Source: an uncultured Phycisphaerales bacterium (GTDB lineage: Bacteria; Planctomycetota; Phycisphaerae; Tepidisphaerales; Tepidisphaeraceae). From it: a DNA stretch of 64,000 bases. Position 1 is the stretch's first letter; every line of letters begins with the position of its first letter. Below the pieces are notes generated by a model. It had not been told where the DNA came from. It saw only the letters and a program-made list of their open reading frames with translations, and did not search any database. Position numbers and translations under genes: made by a program. Below are positions 12,147 through 21,405 of the stretch, in pieces. The DNA lies in assembly GCA_963844715.1 (NCBI GenBank), contig CAWJPJ010000001.1, positions 79,967 to 143,966 on the forward strand. Reading direction: 5' to 3'.

Positions 12147-12217
12147 TACCCGGTAGTGTAACGGTAGCACAAGAGATTTTGGTTCTCTTTGTCCTGGTTC
12201 GAATCCAGGCCGGGTAG
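12147..12217 (+). tRNA. tRNA-Gln (anticodon TTG), CCA not encoded
   Basis: Acceptor stem TACCCGG/CCGGGTA, anticodon arm AGAGA-TTTTGGT-TCTCT, T-arm CCTGG-TTCGAAT-CCAGG. Confidence 0.97.
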
Positions 12218-12247
12218 CATTATCCTTTTGCGGAAAATCGGAATCGG

Positions 12248-13198
12248 ATGTCGCTGACCGCCATCATTCTTGCCGCCGGAAAATCGACGCGGATGAAATC
12301 CAAGCGCCCCAAGCCGCTCCACGAAATCTGCGGGAAGCCCATGCTCGGCTGGATTCTCGACGCCTGCTACGACGCCGAAGTCACGCACGTGCTCCTGGTC
12401 GTCGGCCACGGCAAGGATGAAATTATCGCCGCCTTCGGAAACGACAAGCGCATCGAATTTGTCGAGCAAACCGAGCAGCTGGGCACCGGGCACGCCGCCA
12501 AAATGTGCGCGGCCCAACTCAAGCAGCACGCGGGCGACATCCTCATCCTCGCCGGAGACGTCCCGCTGATTACCGGGCAGGTTCTGAAAACCCTCCGCCA
12601 AGCGCACAAGGACGAGCGGGCCGCCGCCTCGATGGCGACCGCCATGCTCGACGACCCCACCGGCTACGGCCGCGTCGTCCGCGGCGACGACGGGCAGTTC
12701 ATGGAAATCGTCGAGCAGATCGACTGCACCCCCAAACAACGCGAAATTCGCGAGGTTTTCCCCTCCCTTTATTGCATCAAAACCGACGACCTGTTGCTGG
12801 CGATGTCAAAATTGAAAAATGAGAACAAAAAAGGGGAGTATTACCTCACGGATATCTATGCGATTCTGCGCAAGGCCGGCAAAAAGGTCGTGGCCGTGCA
12901 GGCTGCGACGGCGGAGGACATTCTCGCCCCCAACACCCGCCAGCAACTCGCCGAGGCCGACGCCGTAATGCAGGACCGCATCCAGAGAAAAATTCGCGAG
13001 AACGGAGCGACGATCGTCAGCGGATTCAATACGTATATCGAGGCGAACGTCTCGGTCGGAGCCGACACGCTCATCTCCCCGTTCTCTTTCATCGGGAGGG
13101 ACAGTTCGATCGGCCGCGATTGCGTGATCGGGCCTTTCGCGTCGCTCCCGCCGGGAAGCATCGTGCCGGAGGGCGCCAGGGTCGCCGGAAATATTTAG
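12248..13198 (+). CDS. glmU: GlmU-like UDP-GlcNAc pyrophosphorylase with only a short hexapeptide-repeat tail
   Basis: LAAGKSTRMKS, QLGTGHA, GDVPLI, PTGYGR, GEYYLTD; 316 aa. Confidence 0.85.
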   Translation: MSLTAIILAAGKSTRMKSKRPKPLHEICGKPMLGWILDACYDAEVTHVLLVVGHGKDEIIAAFGNDKRIEFVEQTEQLGTGHAAKMCAAQLKQHAGDILILAGDVPLITGQVLKTLRQAHKDERAAASMATAMLDDPTGYGRVVRGDDGQFMEIVEQIDCTPKQREIREVFPSLYCIKTDDLLLAMSKLKNENKKGEYYLTDIYAILRKAGKKVVAVQAATAEDILAPNTRQQLAEADAVMQDRIQRKIRENGATIVSGFNTYIEANVSVGADTLISPFSFIGRDSSIGRDCVIGPFASLPPGSIVPEGARVAGNI

Positions 13199-13219
13199 CG
13201 GAGCAGAGCAAAGAAGTTT

Positions 13220-14194
13220 ATGGCCAATCTGGACGCCAAAAATCTCAAGGTTTTCACCGGCCGCGCCAATCCGCACCTGGCCCAGAAAATCTGTCAGTAC
13301 CTCAAGATCGAGCAAGGCAACGGGCGGACCGAACTCTTCCCCGACGGCGAGCTGATCGTGACGGTCGACGAGGACGTTCGCGGCCGCGATTGCTTCGTCA
13401 TCCAGCCGACCTGCCATCCCGTCAACGCGCATCTGATGGAACTCTTCGTCTGGATCGACACCCTCCGCCGCGCCAGCGCCCAGCGCGTGACGGCGGTCAT
13501 TCCCTATTTCGGCTACGCCCGCCAGGACCAGAAACACGCCGGCCGCACCCCGATCACCGCCAAACTCGTGGCAAACCTGCTCGAGCGCAGCGGCGCCGAT
13601 CGGGTCGTGACGGTCGATCTCCACGCCGGACAGGTGCAGGGCTTTTTCGACATTCCGGTGGACCATCTCTCCGCCGCGCCGATTTTCGCGCGCTGGTTCC
13701 GCTCGCTGAATTTGAGCAATCACATCTTCGTCTCGCCCGATGTGGGCAACGTCAAGCGCACCCAGGCCTACGCCGAACTGGTCGGCGGCGAACTCTGCTT
13801 CATCGACAAACGCCGCCGCAGCGGGACGACCACCGAAGCCAAGCACGTCATCGGCGATGTCCAGGGAAAAAACGTTTTGATCGTCGACGACATGATCACC
13901 ACGGCCGGCACCATCGCCGGGGCGTGCAGCATTCTTCGCGACAACGGCGCCAAGGACATCTTCATCGCCGCCACCCACGCGGTTTTCGCCCCGCCGGCGA
14001 TGGAGCGGCTGACCCAGTGCGATTTCGCGAAACTCGCCGTCACCGACTCGATTCCCATCGGCACCCGCGCCGAACCGATCAAGAATCGGCTGGTGGTCCT
14101 CAGCGTCGCCGATTTTCTGGGGGAAGCGATTCATCGTATTCACCACAACGAAAGCGTCAGCGCGTTGTTTAACAAACACGCCAATGGAGCTTGA
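13220..14194 (+). CDS. prs: Ribose-phosphate pyrophosphokinase
   Basis: FPDGE, PYFGYARQD, DLHAGQVQGFF, IVDDMITTAGT. Confidence 0.97.
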   Translation: MANLDAKNLKVFTGRANPHLAQKICQYLKIEQGNGRTELFPDGELIVTVDEDVRGRDCFVIQPTCHPVNAHLMELFVWIDTLRRASAQRVTAVIPYFGYARQDQKHAGRTPITAKLVANLLERSGADRVVTVDLHAGQVQGFFDIPVDHLSAAPIFARWFRSLNLSNHIFVSPDVGNVKRTQAYAELVGGELCFIDKRRRSGTTTEAKHVIGDVQGKNVLIVDDMITTAGTIAGACSILRDNGAKDIFIAATHAVFAPPAMERLTQCDFAKLAVTDSIPIGTRAEPIKNRLVVLSVADFLGEAIHRIHHNESVSALFNKHANGA

Positions 14195-14211
14195 AGACAG
14201 GAGAACGAACC

Positions 14212-14913
14212 ATGGCCGTACAATCCGCACAAGTCGCCGCCAAGAGCCGCACCGAGCTGGGAAGCCGCGCCAATCGCCGGCTGCGCCTCGCCGGCTTTCT
14301 GCCCGGCGTCATCTACGGGCACAAGGAGGCGATCGTCCCCGTCTCCCTTCCCAAGAAGGAAGTCGTCACATTTCTCAATAAAGGCGCGCACCTCTTCGAT
14401 CTGAACTTCGAGGGCAAGAGCGAGAAAGTGCTCATCAAGGAAGTGCAGTACGATCACCTGGGGATCGAAGTGATCCATGTCGATTTCGCGCGGGTGAGCC
14501 TCGACGAAAAAGTGAAGGTCACCGTCCCCGTCGAACTCAAGGGCACCCCCGCCGGTGAAGCCGACGGCGGCGTGCTCCAGCAGATTCTCAGCGCTTTGAA
14601 CATCGAATGCCTCGTCACCGAGATTCCCGACGCCATCCGGCACAATGTCTCGGAAATGAAACTCAACGACGTGCTGCACATCAAGGAACTGAAACTCCCC
14701 GCCGGCGTGAAGTCGATGCAGGACGGCGATCTGATCGTGGCGACCGTGAAGGAAGTTCTGGAAGTGGTCGAGGCCGCGCCGCCGGCGGAAGGCGCCGCCG
14801 CCGAACCGGAACTCATCGGCCGCAAGCCCGCCGAGGGCGAGGAAGAAGGCGCCGCGGGCGCCCCCGCCGCCGGCGATGCGAAGGACAAAGACAAGGACAA
14901 GGAAAAGAAGTAA
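14212..14913 (+). CDS. rplY: 50S ribosomal protein L25 / Ctc-type
   Basis: RRLR..G.LPGVIYG, IHVDFARV, C-terminal domain and acidic tail; sits between prs and pth. Confidence 0.95.
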   Translation: MAVQSAQVAAKSRTELGSRANRRLRLAGFLPGVIYGHKEAIVPVSLPKKEVVTFLNKGAHLFDLNFEGKSEKVLIKEVQYDHLGIEVIHVDFARVSLDEKVKVTVPVELKGTPAGEADGGVLQQILSALNIECLVTEIPDAIRHNVSEMKLNDVLHIKELKLPAGVKSMQDGDLIVATVKEVLEVVEAAPPAEGAAAEPELIGRKPAEGEEEGAAGAPAAGDAKDKDKDKEKK

Positions 14914-14916
14914 CGC

Positions 14917-15534
14917 ATGCGTCTGGTCGTCGGTCTGGGAAATCCCGGGAAAGAGTTCGTGGGAACCCGGCACAACGTCGGCTGGGAAATTCTGGAGGAA
15001 CTGGCGTATCGAGCCGGCTGGGTCGCAAAACCCGCCGACTTCGACGCCGCGGCGAAAAAAAAATTCGACGGCCTCGTCCTGGATGGAACCGTGTCCCTCC
15101 ATTCCGGACCGGCCGAAAAGATCGTGCTGCTGAAGCCCATGACGTATATGAATCTCAGCGGCAGGGCCGTGTCGGCGGCGGCGGGATTCTTCCAGATCCC
15201 GCCCCAGGATCTGATCGTCCTGCTCGACGATATCGCCCTGCCGGCGGGAAAAATCCGAATTCGTGCCGGCGGGAGCAGCGGCGGGCACAACGGTCTGAAG
15301 GACATCGAGCGGGCGATCGGTACCGATCAATACCCGCGGCTGAGGCTCGGCATCGACGCCCCGCCTCCGTATATCCAGGGCGCCGATTATGTCCTGGGAA
15401 AATTTACCGAGGAGCAGCGCCGCCTGGTCGATCCGGCGGTGCAACGGGCGGCAAAGGCCGTCCTCGCCTGGGTCGAAAAAGGTCTCCAGGCCGCGATGAA
15501 CGAATTTAACGCAGAGGAATCGTCCAATGGCTAA
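14917..15534 (+). CDS. pth: Peptidyl-tRNA hydrolase
   Basis: VGLGNPG, TRHNVG, KPMTYMNLSG, GGHNGLK. Confidence 0.97.
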   Translation: MRLVVGLGNPGKEFVGTRHNVGWEILEELAYRAGWVAKPADFDAAAKKKFDGLVLDGTVSLHSGPAEKIVLLKPMTYMNLSGRAVSAAAGFFQIPPQDLIVLLDDIALPAGKIRIRAGGSSGGHNGLKDIERAIGTDQYPRLRLGIDAPPPYIQGADYVLGKFTEEQRRLVDPAVQRAAKAVLAWVEKGLQAAMNEFNAEESSNG

Positions 15535-15990
15535 GGCAAAAAAACCGGTCGTCCCCGTCAATCAATACGAGGCGATGTTCCTTCTGGGCTCCGCTTTCGC
15601 AACGGACCTGGACGGCGCGCTGAAAATCGTCCGCGGCATCGTCGAACGCCACGAATGCGAAGTCCTCGTCCTCAAAAAATGGGACGAGCGCAAACTGGCG
15701 TACGAAATCGGCGGGCAAAAACGCGGACTCTTTATCCTTTGTTATTACAAAGGCCCCGGCGCTTCCGTTTCGGCGATCGAGCGCGACGTGAATCTGAGCG
15801 ATCAGATCATTCGCGTCCTCATCACCAAGGCGGATCATCTGAACGCCGAGGAGATGGCCGCCGTCGAACCCCAGCCGATCATCCCGCGCGAGGACGCCCC
15901 TCGTGGGACCGCCCCTACGAGGATCGCCCGCCGATGCGCGGCCGGCCCCCGCGCCAGGAGGATTCCGAACCCGCCGCGAGCAGGGAATAA
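15527..15990 (+). CDS. rpsF: 30S ribosomal protein S6 (frameshift in the C-terminal tail)
   Basis: YEAMFL, WDERKLAYEI, IIRVLI; directly upstream of ssb. Confidence 0.9.
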
Positions 15991-16014
15991 CACCGCCTTT
16001 ACCCAAGGTGCAAC

Positions 16015-16524
16015 ATGGCCAGCATTAATAAAGTCATCCTCATCGGAAACCTTACCCGCGACCCCCAGCTCAAGTATCTGCCCAGCCAGACTGCCGTCGC
16101 GGAGTTCGGCTTGGCAATGAACCGGAAATTCCGAACCGCCACCGGCGAGGACCGCGAGGAAGTCTGCTTCGTCGATTGCTCCGCCTTCGGACGCACCGGC
16201 GAGGTCATTAATCAATATTGCCGCAAGGGAAAACAGATTTATATCGAAGGCCGCCTCAAGCTGGACCAATGGGAAGACAAACAAGGCGGCGGCAAGCGCA
16301 GCAAGCTCTCCGTCGTCGTCGAGAATTTCCAGTTCCTCGGTGCACCCGGCGGCGCAGGAGCAGGCGGCGGTGGAAATCAGGACGCCCCCGCCCCCGACGA
16401 AGAACAGCGCCCCCCCGCCCGTCAGGCAAACCAGGGCCGCCCCGCCCAGGCAACCAAACCCGCCCCCCAGGAACCCCCGATCGGCGAAGAACAACACTTC
16501 GGCGAAACCGACATCCCATTTTGA
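16015..16524 (+). CDS. ssb: Single-stranded DNA-binding protein
   Basis: NKVILIGNLTRDP, IEGRL, DIPF C-terminus. Confidence 0.97.
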   Translation: MASINKVILIGNLTRDPQLKYLPSQTAVAEFGLAMNRKFRTATGEDREEVCFVDCSAFGRTGEVINQYCRKGKQIYIEGRLKLDQWEDKQGGGKRSKLSVVVENFQFLGAPGGAGAGGGGNQDAPAPDEEQRPPARQANQGRPAQATKPAPQEPPIGEEQHFGETDIPF

Positions 16525-16536
16525 ATGATTGATTTT

Positions 16537-16568
16537 ACTGGCAACTAGCAACTAGCAACTGGCAACTA
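16537..16568 (+). repeat. Heptamer tandem repeat (GCAACTR)
   Basis: ACTG GCAACTA GCAACTA GCAACTG GCAACTA. Confidence 0.85.
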
Positions 16569-16585
16569 GGAATTAAGGATTCATC

Positions 16586-17125
16586 ATGGCAAACGTAAAA
16601 CTGCTCCTCAGCGAAAGCATCAAGCACGTCGGAAAAGTTGGCGACGTCGTCGAAGTCTCCGCCGGTTATGCGCGGAATTATCTTTTGCCCAAGGGCCTGG
16701 CTGTCGAGCCCACCGCGTCCAATATGAAGCGCGTCGAGGAGCGCCGCAAGGAGATCGAAAAGCTCGAAACCGACCGGCGGCAGAAACAGGCGGATCTGAT
16801 CAAGCAGCTCGAAGGCGTCGAAGTCACCCTCGAGCGCAAGGCCAACGAGCAGGGACATCTTTTCGGTTCGGTCAGCGCCACCGACATCGCCAAAGCACTG
16901 CAAGCTCAGGGTTTTGCCGTGAATCCCGACGACGTGAATTTGCCCGGCAAGCTCGACCGCATCGAGAAATACGCCGTGAAGATCGCCTTCGGCGCGGATT
17001 TGGAGATCGACATAAAGGTCTGGGTCGCCCCCGATTCCGAAAGCAAGCAGCTCATCGACGCCGCCTCCAAGGCCAAAGCCGCCGAGCCCCCGCCGCCGAG
17101 CAATTTCGAGAATATCAAGAAGTGA
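16586..17125 (+). CDS. rplI: 50S ribosomal protein L9
   Basis: GDVVEVSAGYARNYLLPKGLA, GHLFGSV. Confidence 0.96.
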   Translation: MANVKLLLSESIKHVGKVGDVVEVSAGYARNYLLPKGLAVEPTASNMKRVEERRKEIEKLETDRRQKQADLIKQLEGVEVTLERKANEQGHLFGSVSATDIAKALQAQGFAVNPDDVNLPGKLDRIEKYAVKIAFGADLEIDIKVWVAPDSESKQLIDAASKAKAAEPPPPSNFENIKK

Positions 17126-17128
17126 ATC

Positions 17129-17210
17129 GCATTATCCCCCTCTCTGCGTACTCAGGGAGAGGGCATTATCCCCCTCTCCCTGTACCCAGGGAGAGGGCAG
17201 GGGTGAGGGT
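17129..17210. repeat. Two tandem REP-like palindromes between convergent rplI and argH
   Basis: GCATTATCCCCCTCTC...GTAC..CAGGGAGAGGG occurs twice; the second copy extends with CAGGGGTGAGGG. Confidence 0.8.
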
Positions 17211-17212
17211 TC

Positions 17213-18655
17213 TTATTTGATGGTCGCAAACCGTTTCTTCCAGGAAGCTAATTGCTCCTCGAACGGCTTCCCACCCCCCGCGCCGGCGCTCTGATACCGC
17301 TTCACCACGTTCATCGCCCCCAGCGCCTCGAAGATCTCGCCCCCAAATCCAACGGATGGCCCGCCCTGAGCGAAGTCGATGGGCCATCCGTCGGCTTTTA
17401 GCGCGCCCTGAAAATCCTCCAGCTTAAGTTGCCCAAGCGCCGTCTTTCCCTCCTTCTCGCACTGCAACACCAGCGACCCCACCACATGATGCGCCGTCCG
17501 AAACGGCACGCCCTTGGTCACGAAAAATTCCGCCAGACTCGTCGCGTCCAAAAACCCGCGCTCCAGCGTCGGCTCGATATTTTCCTTGATGAACGACGCG
17601 CTGCTCACGATCGCCGTCGCCATGGCCAGCGAATTGCCGACCATATCGAACGCCCGGAACACGATCCGCTTGTCCTCCTGCAAATCCCGGTTGTACCCGA
17701 TCGGCAATCCCTTCAGGATCGTCATCATCGCAAACAAATCCCCATACACATTCCCGCACCGCCCCCGGATCAATTCCAGCATGTCCGGATTTTTCTTCTG
17801 CGGCATCATCGAGCTGCTGGTCGTGTATTTGTCGGCAATTTTCAAAAACGAAAACTCCGTCGACATGTAAATGATCCACTGTTCCGCCCAGCGCGAAAGA
17901 TGCATCGAGATCATCGCCAGCACGAAGATGAAATGAGCCGCCATGTCGCGCGACGCCGTGCGCTCGATCCCATTGCTCGGCGGCGCCTGGAATTCCAGCC
18001 GCTTTGCGGTATCCGCCGGATCCAGCGGCAGCGACGTTCCCGCGATCGCCCCGCTTCCCAGCGGCGATTGCCGTCCCGCGATCAGAAACGACTGCGTCAT
18101 CAAAATGCTGTCCGACTCGAACATCTCCGTCCACGCCAGCGCTTCCGCCCCCGCGCTGATCGGCTGCGCCCGCTGCAGATGCGTATAAGACGGCATCACG
18201 ATCTCGCGCGACCGCTCCGCGAGTTTCACGAACTCCGCGCACAAAATGTGCAATCGCTTGATGATCGCCCCCACCCCTTCCTGCTTCAGCCACAGCGCCA
18301 AATCCGTCGCCACCTGGTCGTTGCGGCTTCGCCCCGTGTGCAATTTTTTTCCAGGCTCCCCGATGCGCTCGATCAGCGCCGCTTCGACGACCATGTGAAT
18401 GTCTTCCAGCGATTCGTCGAATTTGAAATTCCCCGCCTCAATGTCGCGCTCGATGCTCGTCAATCCGTCGATGATCGCCTTGCACTCCGCGCCTGTGATC
18501 AGTTTCACTTTCGCCAGCATCTGCGCGTGCGCGATGCTCCCGGCGATGTCCTGCTTAAAGATTCGCCGGTCGTAGCTGATCGATTCAACGAAGCTCTGCG
18601 CCAAGGCGTCGGTCGCCTCGGAGAGTCGCGCCTGCCAGGATTTCTCGCTTGCCAT
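17213..18655 (-). CDS. argH: Argininosuccinate lyase
   Basis: LHTGRSRNDQV, YTHLQRAQP, SSMMPQKKNPD, YNRDLQEDK, GVPFRTAH. Confidence 0.97.
   Translation of the reverse strand: MASEKSWQARLSEATDALAQSFVESISYDRRIFKQDIAGSIAHAQMLAKVKLITGAECKAIIDGLTSIERDIEAGNFKFDESLEDIHMVVEAALIERIGEPGKKLHTGRSRNDQVATDLALWLKQEGVGAIIKRLHILCAEFVKLAERSREIVMPSYTHLQRAQPISAGAEALAWTEMFESDSILMTQSFLIAGRQSPLGSGAIAGTSLPLDPADTAKRLEFQAPPSNGIERTASRDMAAHFIFVLAMISMHLSRWAEQWIIYMSTEFSFLKIADKYTTSSSMMPQKKNPDMLELIRGRCGNVYGDLFAMMTILKGLPIGYNRDLQEDKRIVFRAFDMVGNSLAMATAIVSSASFIKENIEPTLERGFLDATSLAEFFVTKGVPFRTAHHVVGSLVLQCEKEGKTALGQLKLEDFQGALKADGWPIDFAQGGPSVGFGGEIFEALGAMNVVKRYQSAGAGGGKPFEEQLASWKKRFATIK
17349..17394. repeat. Palindromic element inside argH
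   Basis: 14-bp inverted repeat CCAACGGATGGCCC/GGGCCATCCGTCGG around GCCCTGAGCGAAGTCGAT. Confidence 0.75.
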
Positions 18656-18667
18656 GGGGGGACAATT

Positions 18668-19132
18668 CTACAGACGCCGGACCATCTTGAAATGCGGCCC
18701 GGCGGTCGGAATCTCAAATTCGTCGGAAACCTTGATCCAGCCTGCCTTTGAGTAAAACACCGCCGCCGGCGTTCTACAATTGGCCCACAGCATCTTCACG
18801 CCGCGCTCCCGCGCCAATTTCTCGATTTCGCGTAATAACGTCTGCCCCACGCCGCGCCCGCGATACGCCGGATCGACCCCCATTCCGCGCACCTGAATCG
18901 CCGCCTCCCCTTCCCACTGGCTCGCCAGCGCCGTCGCGCATCCGATAATTTCTCCATTTTCACTCACGGCAAAGTGAACCGTCGCCGGACCATCGTCTCC
19001 CGCAAAATTCGCCGATTGGCGCGGCAATCCCGCGCGCAGTACCCTATGCCTGAGGTCGATAATCCCCTCGAGGGCCACACGATCGGCCGTCCATTTGTCA
19101 GGCAACTGCAACGACATGACCACATCCGCCAA
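18668..19132 (-). CDS. GNAT family N-acetyltransferase (start approximate)
   Basis: LRHRVLR, VRGMGVDPAYRGRGVG acetyl-CoA motif, WAN..AAVFY. Confidence 0.9.
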   Translation of the reverse strand: MADVVMSLQLPDKWTADRVALEGIIDLRHRVLRAGLPRQSANFAGDDGPATVHFAVSENGEIIGCATALASQWEGEAAIQVRGMGVDPAYRGRGVGQTLLREIEKLARERGVKMLWANCRTPAAVFYSKAGWIKVSDEFEIPTAGPHFKMVRRL

Positions 19133-19624
19133 AGTGAAATCTCTCTCCCAGAAATATCCTCACCACTTCGAGGTCCCCGTCCTGATTCTTCTCTGCGCCG
19201 CCTGCCTCGTCGTCGGCCTCTCGCTCCCGCTGATGAAAGTCGAAAAAATGCTCTTCTGGAAAAATGATTATTCCGTCTTCACCGGCATCGTCAGCCTGGC
19301 CAGGGAAAACCAGTTGATCCTCGCCCTGATCGTCTTTTTCTTCTCGATGGTCTTCCCCTTCATCAAACTCGCCTCGCTTTTGGTTCTTTGGTGGCGCGCC
19401 TCAGCGAAGCCCGCCGCCAAGCCGTCTTCCACTGGCTCGGCCTGCTCGGCAAGTGGTCCATGCTCGACGTCTTTGCCGTCTCCATCCTCATCGTCCTCGT
19501 CAAGCTCGGCCCGCTGGCCCGCGTCACCCCCGAGCCGGGTCTATACTTTTTTTGCTCGGCGATCCTCGCGAGCATGCTCGTCACCATGTACGTCGAGCAT
19601 CTGGCTCGCATCAAACATTTCTGA
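19116..19624 (+). CDS. Paraquat-inducible protein A (PqiA) domain membrane protein, frameshifted
   Basis: SVFTGIVSL, FFFSMVFPFIK, LGKWSMLDVF, PGLYFF. Confidence 0.8.
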
Positions 19625-19627
19625 TTT

Positions 19628-20551
19628 TCAAGCCAGGGCCAGCCGATGATCCGAGCGAACCATCGCCAGGGCCGCCGCCGCCGCATTGGCGCGCACCTGC
19701 TCGACGTTCTTGCATCCCGGTATCACGCAAGACACTGCCGGATTCGTCAGGCACCACGCCAGCGCCCACTGCGCCATAGGCACTCCCGCCGGCACCTCTT
19801 TCTCGGCGATTTCCCGCACCGTTTGTAATCGCTGATCCACGACCCTTCGATCGCGTTCCGACCTGATGTCGTTTTCCGTAAAGGTCGCCCCCACCATGTA
19901 TTTGCCGCTCAAAAACCCGCTCGCCAGGGGAACCCGAGCCAGCACCCCCAGGTCCTGCTCGATGCAGGATGGAAACGCCTTCTCCTCCGGCAAGCGATCG
20001 AGCCGATTGTAAACGCACTGAATCGTCTCGACATGCCGTCGAGTGGACGATTCAACCTGATGCTGCATCCCCTCCGATTTACCGACGGAATTCCCCAAGT
20101 GCCGCACCTTTCCGCTCTGGAGCAGGTTCATCAAGTTCGCCGTCAATTCATCGTTATCAAATTCCGAATCCCGAACGCTGTGATATTGCAGCAAGTCGAT
20201 GTAATCCGTCTGCAGCGCTTGGAGTGACGCCTCGACTTGCGCAGCTACTTGCCCCGGCTCGCGCTCATCGCGCCGCTGCGAAAAACCCGTGTACGCATGG
20301 CCAAATTTCGTCGCCAGGATCCAATTCCGGCGATCCCGCCGAACCGCTTGCCCAACCAGTCTTTCCGATTCGTGATCCCCATAACACTCGGCGGTATCAA
20401 CCAGATTGATTCCCCCTTCTCGAGCGGCGTCGAACATCCGATCGACCTCCGCCTGCTCGAATTTCTTTCCCCATTCCCCGCCCAACTGCCAGGTCCCCAG
20501 GCCAATGACCGATACGCGCAGTTCGCTCTTCCCCAGCCTCCGGTACTTCAT
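19628..20551 (-). CDS. Aldo/keto reductase
   Basis: IGLGTWQLGG, DTAECYG, ATKFG, LQTDYIDL, VPLASGFLSGK, VIPGCK. Confidence 0.93.
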   Translation of the reverse strand: MKYRRLGKSELRVSVIGLGTWQLGGEWGKKFEQAEVDRMFDAAREGGINLVDTAECYGDHESERLVGQAVRRDRRNWILATKFGHAYTGFSQRRDEREPGQVAAQVEASLQALQTDYIDLLQYHSVRDSEFDNDELTANLMNLLQSGKVRHLGNSVGKSEGMQHQVESSTRRHVETIQCVYNRLDRLPEEKAFPSCIEQDLGVLARVPLASGFLSGKYMVGATFTENDIRSERDRRVVDQRLQTVREIAEKEVPAGVPMAQWALAWCLTNPAVSCVIPGCKNVEQVRANAAAAALAMVRSDHRLALA

Positions 20552-20566
20552 CCCCGCGAGTGTACC

Positions 20567-20596
20567 AAAACAAAACGCCCGCCTTTTGGGCGGGCG
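20567..20596 (-). terminator. Intrinsic terminator after the cold-shock gene
   Basis: CGCCCGCC/GGCGGGCG stem followed by TTTTGTTTT on the minus strand. Confidence 0.75.
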
Positions 20597-20629
20597 CTCT
20601 GCTTAATTTTCCGAGAGGATCATGTCGCC

Positions 20630-20875
20630 TCAGGCGGGCGCCGCGGGACTGGCGACCGACTGCGCTGCCATCATCATCCGGCGAACGCGCGTGGCCTTCA
20701 TTCCTTTGGGCCCATCTTCGGCCTCATAATCAACCGATTCCCCGTCCTGCAAAGTTCGGAATCCCTGGCCTTCGATCACGGAGTGATGAACAAAAATGTC
20801 CTTTCCGCCTTGTTCGGAGGTGATGAAACCAAACCCCTTCTGGTCGTTAAACCACTTGACCTTGCCGGTGGCCAT
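20630..20875 (-). CDS. Cold-shock protein (CspA family)
   Basis: GKVKWFNDQKGFGFI, DIFVHHS, GPKG. Confidence 0.96.
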   Translation of the reverse strand: MATGKVKWFNDQKGFGFITSEQGGKDIFVHHSVIEGQGFRTLQDGESVDYEAEDGPKGMKATRVRRMMMAAQSVASPAAPA

Positions 20876-21080
20876 ACAGCCACTCCTTTCGAGACGTGCA
20901 AAGACGCGGTCCGCGTCCCTTTTTTACGGCGACACCCGAAAATGGTCCGTCGAGCCCTTCCCGAACGGATAAGCGTCCCCCGGTGCCAAGGAATTCTCCG
21001 GACGCCTTAGTCCGAAAACATACCACGTGCCCCCCAAAAACCACAAAAAAAAGTGAGGTTGTCAATCTGGAAAAGAAGAC

Positions 21081-21352
21081 TTATCCACATTTATTTGCCC
21101 GTTTCGGCCGCAAACACCCCAGTTTTCCGCTGCATATTGCGGCTTCATTTAATAGTTTCATAGTGAAATCGAATCCAGTCCATTTGTGAGATATCTCTCT
21201 TCAGAGTCACGAGATATGGCAAACGTAGTCCCGCCGAATTATCAAGAAATGATTCACATTGGATCAGGATCGAATTGCCCCCCTTAAACCACCGATCGTT
21301 TGCTGCCTTACATTTCTCGATGCTACCAGGGGTTTTCCACGAGTTATCCACA
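21081..21352 (+). promoter_or_regulatory. DnaA-box cluster flanking an AT-rich segment
   Basis: TTATCCACA at 21081 and 21344; TTTTCCACG at 21333. Confidence 0.5.
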
Positions 21353-21405
21353 ATTCGCGGGCAGGCTTGATTTTCCGACGCACCCCGTCACACTCCAGAC
21401 CCTCG

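Noticed and set aside
12147..12217. tRNA-Gln as an island integration site
   Set aside because: No duplicated tRNA 3' end and no integrase seen; glmU follows directly.
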